From the NCBI GenBank assembly GCA_019429005.1, contig JAHYJR010000005.1, forward strand, positions 32,001 to 96,000: DNA of 64,000 nucleotides, read 5' to 3'. Made by a program: the position numbers and the translations under genes. Shown here piece after piece: positions 9,564 through 18,397 of the stretch. The notes beneath the pieces are model-generated. The model did no database searches. It was not told the origin of the DNA and saw nothing but the letters and a program-made list of their open reading frames with translations. Every line of letters begins with the position of its first letter. The stretch's first letter is position 1. The stretch comes from Nanobdellati archaeon. Its GTDB lineage: Archaea; EX4484-52; GLR71.

Positions 9564-11909
9564 ATGGACCTTGATGATGTTGCAGAGTTATATCCAGTTC
9601 TTAAACCTGTAATTGCTGCAATAAAGACTAAAGATAAAGTTAAGACTCTTTTTCCGCCACAAGAACTTGCGATTAATAGTGGGTATCTTGACGGTAAAAA
9701 TATGCTTCTAGCAATACCAACATCAACCGGGAAAACGTTGATATCCGAACTTGCCATGCTGAAGGTAATCCTAGAACAAAAGAAAAAAGCCTTGTATCTT
9801 GTACCACTTAAAGCTCTTGCTATGGAAAAATACAACAATTTCAAAGATAAATATGAATCATTAGGTCTGAAGGTTGTAGTCAGTGTAGGTAATTTTGATA
9901 ATCAGGATCAGTGGATAAAAGATTATGATATAATAATAACGTCTGTCGAGAAAGCAGATAGTCTGATGCGACATAAAGCCCCCTGGTTTGATGATATCGG
10001 AATCGTTGTAGCAGATGAGATTCATCTTCTTGATGATTCTTCACGAGGTCCGACTCTTGAGGTTGTCCTGACAAAAATAAAATCAACTATTAATGCACAG
10101 ATTATTGGTCTTTCTGCAACTATCGGAAATAAGGAAGAGCTTGCAGGTTGGCTTGATGCAGTCTTAGTAGAATCCGATTTCAGGCCAGTTGTTCTTTTTG
10201 AAGGTGTGCAGTTTGATAATTCCCTAATATACAAATCCCGTACAGATGGAAATAAAATCGGATTGAATGATGAAATCCCTTTAAATAAAGTTCTAGATGG
10301 CGTTCTAAAATCTGCAAAATATGTGCTTGATAATAAGAGTCAAGCAATTGTTTTTGTTTCAAGTAAACGCGGTGCTGAATCCGAATCAGAGAAAATCGCA
10401 TCAATCACAAGAAATACTTTATCCTTTAACGAAAAAACGCTTCTTGAAAAATTAAGTGATAGTATAGAACATGCTTTGCCCAGTCCCACAAAACAATGTA
10501 AGCGTCTTTCGAAAGTTGTGAAAAATGGTGTGGCATTCCATCATAGCGGACTTATGCATAAGCAAAGGCAACTTATCGAAGATGCATTTAAGGATGGTGT
10601 AATAAAGATAATCTCAGCCACAACAACTCTTGCCTATGGTATGAATTTACCTTGCGATTTCTGTATCTTGCGTGACGTTAAACGTTTCTATCCTAGTAAG
10701 GGTTATGCTCCTATACCAATCTTAGAATATAAGCAATGTGCAGGTCGTAGTGGAAGGATTAAATATTCAAAGGAGGGTAAATCTATAATACTTGCTAAAA
10801 ATGAAAATGATGCAAACGAAATCTCCGATTATTTTATACATGGTGAATCTGAAAACATCTATTCAAAACTAGCAATAGAACCTGTATTGCGTATGCATCT
10901 TTTGAGTCTGATTTCTACAGAACATATCAATTCAAAAGAGGCTCTTGAAACGTTTATACAAAATACCTTTTATGCATATCAATTTCAAAATCTTGAAGAA
11001 TTGACATCTAAAATTGATTCCGTTCTTCACAAATTAACAGATTATGGGTTTATAGAATCTGATAATTCAAAGATTTTTGCGACAGAAATTGGTAAACGTG
11101 TATCTCAATTATATATTGATCCTGACACTGCAAATATGTTTATCACGGCAATTAAAAGACCTTTTAGATCTAAAGATTCAGTTGAATCTGTGATATCTAA
11201 TAAATCTGATTTAGATGAATTCAAAACTGGTGCTGAAATACTTGAGGAAACATCTAAAATATTGAATCATGTAAGTCTTATCCATCTCGCATCTTATACG
11301 ATTGAGATGCGTCCACAACTTAGGATTAATAAGGATGAGCAAGAATCTTTTGAGACCTATCTTGAATCTATAACCCGAAATATCCTTGTTGAAGTTCCTT
11401 CAATGTGGGATTTGAAACGAACTGAATTTTTGCAATCTTTAAAGACTGAAATGTTTTTTGAAAGCTGGATAAACGAAGCTACTGATGACACCCTTTTTGA
11501 CAGATATAAAGTATCACCAGGTGAACTTCGTGCACGTCTTGATAAGATAGATTGGCTTTTGTATACTTTGGAAGAATTTTCAAAAATGCTTAAACTAAGC
11601 GAGGTTTATTTTCTAGCTAAAAATGTGCGTTTTAGGATAAAGCATGGAATAAAAGCTGAATTGATACCTCTTGTGAAACTTAAAGGTGTCGGTCGTGTGA
11701 GAGCACGAAAGCTTTTCTCAAAAGGCATAAGAACTAATTTAGATATACAGAAAACAGATATACTCGTATTATCACAGCTTATTGGAAACAGTCTTGCTGC
11801 AAAATTGAAAGGTGTCGAGTTTGATTCTTCAAAGGCCTCTCTGGAACTTCAAATAAATAGCAATGCACAGAAAAGTCTTGAACATTTTGGCAAAAAAAAG
11901 AGTATTTGA
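9564..11909 (+). CDS. hel308: Ski2-like ATP-dependent DNA helicase Hel308
   Basis: LFPPQ, PTSTGKT, DEIH, RGPTLE, LSAT, GVAFHHSGL, QCAGRSGR, IGKRVSQLYIDP and the HhH segment LKGVGRVRARKL. Confidence 0.93.
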   Translation: MDLDDVAELYPVLKPVIAAIKTKDKVKTLFPPQELAINSGYLDGKNMLLAIPTSTGKTLISELAMLKVILEQKKKALYLVPLKALAMEKYNNFKDKYESLGLKVVVSVGNFDNQDQWIKDYDIIITSVEKADSLMRHKAPWFDDIGIVVADEIHLLDDSSRGPTLEVVLTKIKSTINAQIIGLSATIGNKEELAGWLDAVLVESDFRPVVLFEGVQFDNSLIYKSRTDGNKIGLNDEIPLNKVLDGVLKSAKYVLDNKSQAIVFVSSKRGAESESEKIASITRNTLSFNEKTLLEKLSDSIEHALPSPTKQCKRLSKVVKNGVAFHHSGLMHKQRQLIEDAFKDGVIKIISATTTLAYGMNLPCDFCILRDVKRFYPSKGYAPIPILEYKQCAGRSGRIKYSKEGKSIILAKNENDANEISDYFIHGESENIYSKLAIEPVLRMHLLSLISTEHINSKEALETFIQNTFYAYQFQNLEELTSKIDSVLHKLTDYGFIESDNSKIFATEIGKRVSQLYIDPDTANMFITAIKRPFRSKDSVESVISNKSDLDEFKTGAEILEETSKILNHVSLIHLASYTIEMRPQLRINKDEQESFETYLESITRNILVEVPSMWDLKRTEFLQSLKTEMFFESWINEATDDTLFDRYKVSPGELRARLDKIDWLLYTLEEFSKMLKLSEVYFLAKNVRFRIKHGIKAELIPLVKLKGVGRVRARKLFSKGIRTNLDIQKTDILVLSQLIGNSLAAKLKGVEFDSSKASLELQINSNAQKSLEHFGKKKSI

Positions 11910-11946
11910 CTGTAAATATTTATATTCGGCAAGTATAAGTGATATT

Positions 11947-12489
11947 ATGAAGAAACGTCCTATATTCATATTATCTATAGTTTTTTTGATATTGACTTTT
12001 TTACAGGCATCAGCATATGCTTTACCTCCTAGTGTTGAATTGATTTCTACTGATTATTTTACATTAACATCAGGAGAAACAAAACAAGTTGTATTGACTG
12101 TAAGAAATTACGAGGATGTTGTGGATGTTGTAGATATACATCTTTCAAGTAATTCCGAGCTCAATAATTGGATATGGTTCTCAAACCATAGATATGATTC
12201 TAAACGACACGATCTTTCGGTTGTGATGCAACCCTATGACCTGAAACGGATTGTTATCAATATTTTTGGTGGTAATAGTGGTACGTATATAACTGATGGT
12301 GTACAAGCAAATGGTCTTAATATAAATGCTGTTGGTATGTCTGGATTTGGAGCGACAAATATTAGTGTTAGTGTGAAACCTGTACCACAAGGATTATTTA
12401 AAAGACAAGCTCCTGGTATAACTTTTATACATATATTATTTATAGGTTTTATTGGTTCTTTAGTATTCTTAAAACCTATAAAAATATAA
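11947..12489 (+). CDS. Secreted, C-terminally anchored Ig-like protein
   Basis: Signal peptide MKKRPIFILSIVFLILTFLQASAYA, beta-rich body and a C-terminal APG+TM segment. Confidence 0.7.
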   Translation: MKKRPIFILSIVFLILTFLQASAYALPPSVELISTDYFTLTSGETKQVVLTVRNYEDVVDVVDIHLSSNSELNNWIWFSNHRYDSKRHDLSVVMQPYDLKRIVINIFGGNSGTYITDGVQANGLNINAVGMSGFGATNISVSVKPVPQGLFKRQAPGITFIHILFIGFIGSLVFLKPIKI

Positions 12490-12507
12490 TCTTTTTTTTA
12501 AAAATAG

Positions 12508-12629
12508 TGGACTCGATGGGATTTGAACCCACGACTTCTGGCTATCTAAGACCTGCAGGATATTTCTATCCTTATACGAAACGTGATCATATAAGACCAG
12601 CGCTCCAAACCAGCCTGAGCTACGAGTCC
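12508..12629 (-). tRNA. tRNA-Ile(UAU) with a 46-nt intron at 37/38 (intron 12544-12589)
   Basis: Reverse complement folds as GGACTCG-TA-GCTC(AGGCTGGTTTG)GAGC-G-CTGGT-CT TAT A[intron]A-GCCAG-AAGTC-GTGGG TTCAAAT CCCAT-CGAGTCC-A. Short variable loop, discriminator A, CCA not encoded. Confidence 0.88.
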
Positions 12630-12719
12630 ATATATATTAAAATATAGGACAACTATTATTTCTCAGTACTATAAGGATTAATACTAATATTTAAAAAGAT
12701 TGTGTTGTGTTGTGTATTT

Positions 12720-13682
12720 ATGGATTCGTTTTTTAACTCAAAAGATCTTCTTATTGATTTATTAGTTGATAGACTTAAATCTGTAGGGTATGAAACTGAA
12801 GTTTTTGGTCGCTATTGTTTAGATATTATCGCAAAAAAGGGTACTGATAAACCAATTTTAATAAAAGTTTTACTTAATGTTGATAGTTTTGATAAACGTC
12901 ATGCTTTTGATCTTAACAAATTATCATATATAATGAATGCATCTCCTATAATTATTAGTTTACGTGGCAGGAATTTTGAGATTTATGAAAATGTAGTACA
13001 TATGCGTTTTGAAATACCTGTAATTCTTCCAGAAACCCTTTTTAATACCTTAGAAGGTGATTGTGTGTTTACTTTATCACGTAAAGGCAAAACGTGTGTT
13101 TTTATAAATACAACAATGCTTAAAGATGCACGATTAGAACAGAATCAATCATTTGAGATGTTATCAAAGGCGTTAAATATATCTAAAAAGACATTATTTC
13201 TTGCAGAAAAACATGGTTATCTTACCGATATTCTTGTAGATAAGCTTGAATCTTTTTTTAATAAAGATTTGAAGGAAACTCAAAATCTTTTTGATATTTT
13301 AGAAAAAACATATAGTCGTAATAATATGACTTATGCTTTATCTGAAGTAAATGCTCATGATGTGTCTTCTGTAATAGATAATACTATTAAGGATTTAATA
13401 GAGCGAATCGGTTTTATAAATTATTTTTTTAGTTTTACACCATCAAATTTGGTAGGTACGCGTAATGGTGATATTATTTTTTGTGAGGTCATAAAAAATA
13501 AGCTTGCTGAAAAACAGATTGATGATCTTAAACGTTTTGGCGATTTTTTTAATTCAAAAATAATGATAATTTCTGAAAATGTAAAATATGATATTCCGGG
13601 TGTAGCTGTATTTAATTTGTCTGAGATACAGCATATTAAATCCCGTAAAGAATTGTTTGATTTGATTTTAAATCGCGAATAA
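12720..13682 (+). CDS. Archaeal cro/C1-type HTH transcriptional regulator (COG1395-like)
   Basis: CLDIIAKK, ILIKVLLNVDSF, VVHMRFEIPVI and the central HTH LKDARLEQNQSFEMLSKALNISKKTL. Confidence 0.8.
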   Translation: MDSFFNSKDLLIDLLVDRLKSVGYETEVFGRYCLDIIAKKGTDKPILIKVLLNVDSFDKRHAFDLNKLSYIMNASPIIISLRGRNFEIYENVVHMRFEIPVILPETLFNTLEGDCVFTLSRKGKTCVFINTTMLKDARLEQNQSFEMLSKALNISKKTLFLAEKHGYLTDILVDKLESFFNKDLKETQNLFDILEKTYSRNNMTYALSEVNAHDVSSVIDNTIKDLIERIGFINYFFSFTPSNLVGTRNGDIIFCEVIKNKLAEKQIDDLKRFGDFFNSKIMIISENVKYDIPGVAVFNLSEIQHIKSRKELFDLILNRE

Positions 13683-14627
13683 TTATTCAAGTATTTTTAT
13701 ATTATCTATTTTACCATCACCATCCATGTCAAGACCTGATACTACACATGTCCAATTATCTTCACCATTATATTTATCAAGTACCTGTTCTGTGTGTCTT
13801 GTGAGTGCAAGAACTGCAGCTTTTGTGCCATTGAAACGATTTCCTGCAATGAGGAGTATGCTTTTATCTTTATCCATTGGGTTTATTATCTTTGCAATAA
13901 TTCCTATTGAATCTTCATCATAATTCTTTTTAGTTTTTTCAGATATAAGTCCTCTATATGGAAATAAGTCTAGTTTGAATTTGACTGGTAAATAATTATT
14001 TATTTCCGAAACAATTATGTTTGTAAGTGGTCCACCTATAAGTATAAGGTTTGATGAATATCCATTTTCAGCTTTTATGTCTATATCAAGTTTTGTTGTG
14101 AATTCTTTTGGCATATTTACAAATTGTCCAAGAAAAATACCTATGTCTATCCCATAATGACCATCTCTTGCACGAACCTGATTCTGACCATGTGGATCTG
14201 GCGAACCTACAACAATATTTCCATTAAGATTTCCAGCATTCACAAAGGGGTATAAGAACATTTTTAGTTTATCAGATTGTGTTTTTAATGAGAAATCTGC
14301 AACTTTAACATCGCCATATGGTAATTCTAATGCAAAGGCACTGTTTGTTATAGTATAATATTTAGCGAGTACACCACCACGTTCTTGTTTAGATTTAATC
14401 TCAATAAGACCATTCAATTCAAGTTGTTTTATGTGGTAATAGACTTTTTGTTCATGAAGCCCTAGCATTTTTGCAATTTCTGCGGGGTATCTTGGTTTTT
14501 CAGCCAGAAGTTTTAGTATATTCCAACGTGATTCATTAAGTAGACCTTTAAGTTTTTCAGGTTCTGATTCTAACTTAACTTTTTTTGTAAAAAATTTACC
14601 ATTTATTTCTTTTATGAGGTGTGCCAT
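13683..14627 (-). CDS. ArsR-type HTH regulator with a C-terminal ligand-binding domain, probable regulator of the glm operon (GlmR-like)
   Basis: RWNILKLLAEKPRYPAEIAKMLGLHEQKVYYHIKQLE; IVVGSPDPHG, ARDGHY, NLILIGGPLTN, GLDMDGDGKID; divergent from glmS. Confidence 0.8.
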   Translation of the reverse strand: MAHLIKEINGKFFTKKVKLESEPEKLKGLLNESRWNILKLLAEKPRYPAEIAKMLGLHEQKVYYHIKQLELNGLIEIKSKQERGGVLAKYYTITNSAFALELPYGDVKVADFSLKTQSDKLKMFLYPFVNAGNLNGNIVVGSPDPHGQNQVRARDGHYGIDIGIFLGQFVNMPKEFTTKLDIDIKAENGYSSNLILIGGPLTNIIVSEINNYLPVKFKLDLFPYRGLISEKTKKNYDEDSIGIIAKIINPMDKDKSILLIAGNRFNGTKAAVLALTRHTEQVLDKYNGEDNWTCVVSGLDMDGDGKIDNIKILE

Positions 14628-14827
14628 ATTATCACTTATTAATTTAATCTATATTAATTTTAATCAATTAGTTATGAATTATTTTATAATGGTATTATAA
14701 ATCTGTTAAACATTCTAGTTCTTAACTATTAGTAATGACATAACAATCTTTATATACTCTTATTAATTTTCAATCAAAATATCAAAAAATACTATAATTT
14801 CAGTTATAATATAGACATTCATTTTTG

Positions 14828-14842
14828 CAAAACCTATATAAG
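14828..14842 (+). promoter_or_regulatory. BRE/TATA-like promoter for the candidate ncRNA
   Basis: CAAAACCTATATAAG lies about 25 nt before the structured segment. Confidence 0.5.
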
Positions 14843-14861
14843 CAGGGAGATGTTTAATATA

Positions 14862-14961
14862 TTTAGTGATTAGAGGGTTAAGATGCTTTGGTGCAGAAAC
14901 CTACAAGCTTATTTATAAGTTCTTGTTGATGCTTAAACCCTACCTAATCCAGGGTATTAAA
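14862..14961 (+). ncRNA. Candidate structured RNA upstream of glmS
   Basis: GATTAG/CTAATC, AGGGT/ACCCT and TAAG/CTTA form a long stem enclosing ACAAG/CTTGT and CTTAT/ATAAG. No ORF; lies between two TATA-like boxes. Confidence 0.4.
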
Positions 14962-15012
14962 ATAGTGATTATGTGCGTTTAGCTTTAGCTTTAAGGTTAT
15001 GATCTTTGTTTT

Positions 15013-15030
15013 CAAAATCCTTTATAAAAA
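15013..15030 (+). promoter_or_regulatory. BRE/TATA-like promoter of glmS (near-leaderless transcript)
   Basis: CAAAATCCTTTATAAAAA ends about 22 nt upstream of the ATG at 15052. Confidence 0.55.
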
Positions 15031-15051
15031 ATATATTAGATTGGTTATTTT

Positions 15052-16824
15052 ATGTGTGGTATTGTAGCGTACAAAGGCGATAAAGATGCATCTAAGGTTA
15101 TAAGGGATGGACTCAAGACTCTGGAATATAGAGGGTATGATTCGTGGGGTATTGCCACAACTGATGATTCTGTTATAGATGTTATAAAAAATATAGGAAA
15201 AGTCAGTGAGACTTATGATTCTAATTTAAAAATCTCAAATAATGGCTCAAATAAGGGTATAGGTCATACTCGGTGGGCAACTCATGGTGGTGTTACTAAA
15301 GAAAATGCTCATCCACATTTATCTCAAAATGGTAAGATTGCTGTTGTACATAACGGTATAATCGAAAATTTTCAAGAACAGAGAACCTTTTTAAAAAAAC
15401 AAAATTTTTCATTTTTATCTGATACAGATACAGAAACAATACCAAATACCATCGAATATCATATGGGTCGTGGTTATGATTTTGTTGAAGCTGCAAAACG
15501 TTCATTTGAGCATATGGATGGACAATATGCTGTAGTTGCTTTAAATCATGACGGTAAAATTGTTGCAATAAGACGTGAAGCACCACTTGTGCTTGGCATC
15601 GGGTTGAATAATGAGATTTTTATCGCGTCGGATGTGACTGCATTTCTTGAACATACTAAAAATGTGATATTTCTTGAAGAGAATGATATGGTAATTGTTG
15701 ATGGTTCTTTTGAGATTTTTAATCTCTATGAAAATTGTGTTGTAGAACGTCCAATCTCAAGAATTGATTGGGATAATGAAGCAGCAAAAAAAGGCGATTT
15801 TGATCATTTTTTTATGAAAGAAATTCTAGAACAAGCAGATGTTATAAATCGTATTGCAAATATTGAACAAAGTATAATAACAGACACTGTTTTTGATATT
15901 AAAGCTGCAAAAGGTGTATATATTGTCGCTTGTGGTACTGCAGCATATGCATGTATGTCGGGTTTATATTTGTTTTCAAAATTAGCAAAGATGCACATTA
16001 ATTTCTGTGTTGCATCTGAGTTTGAGCATTTCAAACATTTTCTAACTGAAGATAGTCTTATTATTGCAATATCGCAAAGTGGGGAGACTGCAGATACACT
16101 TTCAGCAATTCGTGCTGCAAAATCAAAAGGGTCAAAAGTCATATCTATAACAAATATGGTTGGTTCGTCTATTATGAGAGAATCTGATAAATCTATATTG
16201 CAGAAGGCGGGACCTGAGATCTGTGTGCTTTCAACAAAATCGTATACATCGCAGCTTGCAATAATTGCTCTTATAGTGTATGAGATGGATGGTCATTTTG
16301 ATGAAGGTATTGCTAGTTTAAGAGAACTCTCTAGATATATTTATTATCTTACATCAAAAAATTCAAGAGATTTTATTAAATCCTTATCAGAAAAGCTTAA
16401 AGATGTAGAGCATATTTACCTTCTTGGTCGAAATCTTCAGTATCCTACAGCTCTTGAAGCTGCTTTAAAGATTAAAGAAGTGTCATACATACATGCTGAA
16501 GCTTATGCTGGTGGCGAATTAAAGCATGGTAATATTGCACTTATTAGTGAAGGAACGCCTTGTATCATATTTACATCGGATCAGACCGAAAAAGCGATTT
16601 TAAGCAATGCTATGGAAGTCAAAGCTAGAGGCGCTTTTGTGATTGGTTTAGGTCCAAAAGATAATGAAATTTTTGATTTTTTCATAAAAGTACGTGATGC
16701 CGGCGATCTTAATCCCATTGTGCAGATAATTCCTATGCAAATACTTGCGTATCAGCTTGCACTTCTTAGGAATTGTGATCCTGATAAGCCACGAAATCTT
16801 GCAAAGAGCGTTACAGTTAAATAA
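15052..16824 (+). CDS. glmS: Glutamine--fructose-6-phosphate aminotransferase (isomerizing)
   Basis: MCGIV, LEYRGYDS, GHTRWATHG, HNGIIEN, SQSGETAD, ELKHG and PRNLAKSVTV. Confidence 0.97.
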   Translation: MCGIVAYKGDKDASKVIRDGLKTLEYRGYDSWGIATTDDSVIDVIKNIGKVSETYDSNLKISNNGSNKGIGHTRWATHGGVTKENAHPHLSQNGKIAVVHNGIIENFQEQRTFLKKQNFSFLSDTDTETIPNTIEYHMGRGYDFVEAAKRSFEHMDGQYAVVALNHDGKIVAIRREAPLVLGIGLNNEIFIASDVTAFLEHTKNVIFLEENDMVIVDGSFEIFNLYENCVVERPISRIDWDNEAAKKGDFDHFFMKEILEQADVINRIANIEQSIITDTVFDIKAAKGVYIVACGTAAYACMSGLYLFSKLAKMHINFCVASEFEHFKHFLTEDSLIIAISQSGETADTLSAIRAAKSKGSKVISITNMVGSSIMRESDKSILQKAGPEICVLSTKSYTSQLAIIALIVYEMDGHFDEGIASLRELSRYIYYLTSKNSRDFIKSLSEKLKDVEHIYLLGRNLQYPTALEAALKIKEVSYIHAEAYAGGELKHGNIALISEGTPCIIFTSDQTEKAILSNAMEVKARGAFVIGLGPKDNEIFDFFIKVRDAGDLNPIVQIIPMQILAYQLALLRNCDPDKPRNLAKSVTVK

Positions 16825-16888
16825 AATTTAAGATACTATTATAATTATTAGATTAATTTGATGAACTTTAAAATCTAAATATGTAAAA

Positions 16889-17026
16889 TTTAAATCATAT
16901 GTTAAATCGTATGTTAAATCGTATGTTAAATCGTATGTTAAATCGTATGTTAAATCGTATGTTAAATCGTATGTTAAATCGTATGTTAAATCGTATGTTA
17001 AATCGTATGTTAAATCGTATGTTAAA
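16889..17026. repeat. 12-bp tandem repeat (GTTAAATCGTAT), 10 perfect copies at 16901-17020 plus flanking variants
   Basis: Read directly; ends about 11 nt before the glmM start. Confidence 0.95.
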
Positions 17027-17037
17027 ATGGTGTTAAA

Positions 17038-18396
17038 ATGTCAATATTTAAAGCTTATGATATTAGGGGTATTTATAGTAAAGATCTAGACGATCCTATT
17101 ATGGAACGTATCGGTAAATCTTTAGGCGCTTTTATGGCACACAAAACGCTTGGAAATACTATTTGTCTTGGTTATGATATTCGTGAATCTAGTAAGACTC
17201 TTACAGATGCGTTTCTTAAAGGTGTAACGTCTGTAGGTATTGATGTACTTTTTGTAGGTAGAACTGCTTTAGGTTCTTCACTTTATACTGGTTATACAAA
17301 AAAGACCGCTGTTTCTGCATTTATTACAGCATCTCATTTACCTGCAGAATGGAATGGTATTAAATTTTTTTATAGCGATGGTGTTGGTTTTAAAATTGAT
17401 GAAAATGCCTTGATTGAAAAAATCTTTAATGAAAATATTTTTGAAAAATCTAATAAGATTGGAACTATAACAAAATTAGATCCCTATCCAGATTATTTTG
17501 ATTATATGTCAACGACTTTTGATATAAAGCGAAAGCTTAAAGTTGTTGTTGATTGCGGTGGCGGTAGTATGTGTTTTACAGCACCCAACATATTGAAATC
17601 AAATAATCTTGATGTTATAAAACTTTTTTGTGATGTTGATCCGCATTTTTCAAAAAGACCCAGTGAACCAAAGGAAGAAAATCTTAGTATGTTAACTAAT
17701 AAAGTGTTGAGTGAAAAAGCAGATTTTGGTGTGGCTTTTGATTGTGATGGTGATCGTGCTGTAATTGTTGATAATAAAGGTCATGTTATTGGAGCTGATA
17801 TTATTGCATCAATACTTGCAAAAGCTATGTTAGACCAAGGTCATAAAGGTACTGTAATTCTTAATGTTGAATGTTCTATGCTTATGGAAACTATTCTTAA
17901 GCCTCTTGGTGTCAAAATTTTAAGAATTCCTGTTGGTCATACTTATATGTCTATTGAAGCGAAAAAGATTCCAGATGCCTTAATTTGTGTTGAGTCTTCA
18001 GGTCATTTTGTGTATCCTCGGTACTTTTTATTGGAAGATGGTTTAATGACACCTCTTAAAGTTGCTGAATTATTATCAAACGGAAATCAGAGCCTTTCAG
18101 AACGTATTTCTGAACTGCCAGTGTATCCCAAAAAACGAATTAATTTTGTTTGTGCTGATAATATAAAATTCAAGGTTATAGAAAATCTTAAAACTAAACT
18201 AAAGGCTAAATATGAAAATATTAATACCTTAGATGGCGTTCGTATCGATTTTGATAATGGTTGGATTCTGTTACGTGCATCAAATACAGAACCTCAAATA
18301 AGGATTACATCTGAAGCAAAAGAACTGAAAATACTTAAAAACAATATTGATGTGTTCTCAAAAATTCTTGAAGAAACAATTAAAAGTTGTGATTGA
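17038..18396 (+). CDS. glmM: Phosphohexomutase (PMM/PGM superfamily), probably phosphoglucosamine mutase by context
   Basis: FKAYDIRG, ITASHLP, FDCDGDR, ESSGH, DGVRI and LRASNTEP; lies between glmS and glmU. Confidence 0.82.
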   Translation: MSIFKAYDIRGIYSKDLDDPIMERIGKSLGAFMAHKTLGNTICLGYDIRESSKTLTDAFLKGVTSVGIDVLFVGRTALGSSLYTGYTKKTAVSAFITASHLPAEWNGIKFFYSDGVGFKIDENALIEKIFNENIFEKSNKIGTITKLDPYPDYFDYMSTTFDIKRKLKVVVDCGGGSMCFTAPNILKSNNLDVIKLFCDVDPHFSKRPSEPKEENLSMLTNKVLSEKADFGVAFDCDGDRAVIVDNKGHVIGADIIASILAKAMLDQGHKGTVILNVECSMLMETILKPLGVKILRIPVGHTYMSIEAKKIPDALICVESSGHFVYPRYFLLEDGLMTPLKVAELLSNGNQSLSERISELPVYPKKRINFVCADNIKFKVIENLKTKLKAKYENINTLDGVRIDFDNGWILLRASNTEPQIRITSEAKELKILKNNIDVFSKILEETIKSCD

Positions 18397-18397
18397 T

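Noticed and set aside
12538-12600. Alternative reading as tRNA-Leu(UAG) using the GGTCTTAGATA near-copy at the intron end
   Set aside because: It would give an 8-nt anticodon loop, and the tRNA lacks the long variable arm of Leu tRNAs.
14862-14961. Canonical glmS ribozyme, 5S rRNA, SRP RNA or RNase P RNA
   Set aside because: No recognisable conserved core of any of these, and too short for archaeal SRP or RNase P RNA. Kept only as an unknown structured RNA candidate.
16889-17026. Possible CRISPR array (also considered for 32949-33060)
   Set aside because: The units are 12 and 16 bp, directly adjacent with no spacers, and there are no cas genes in the window.
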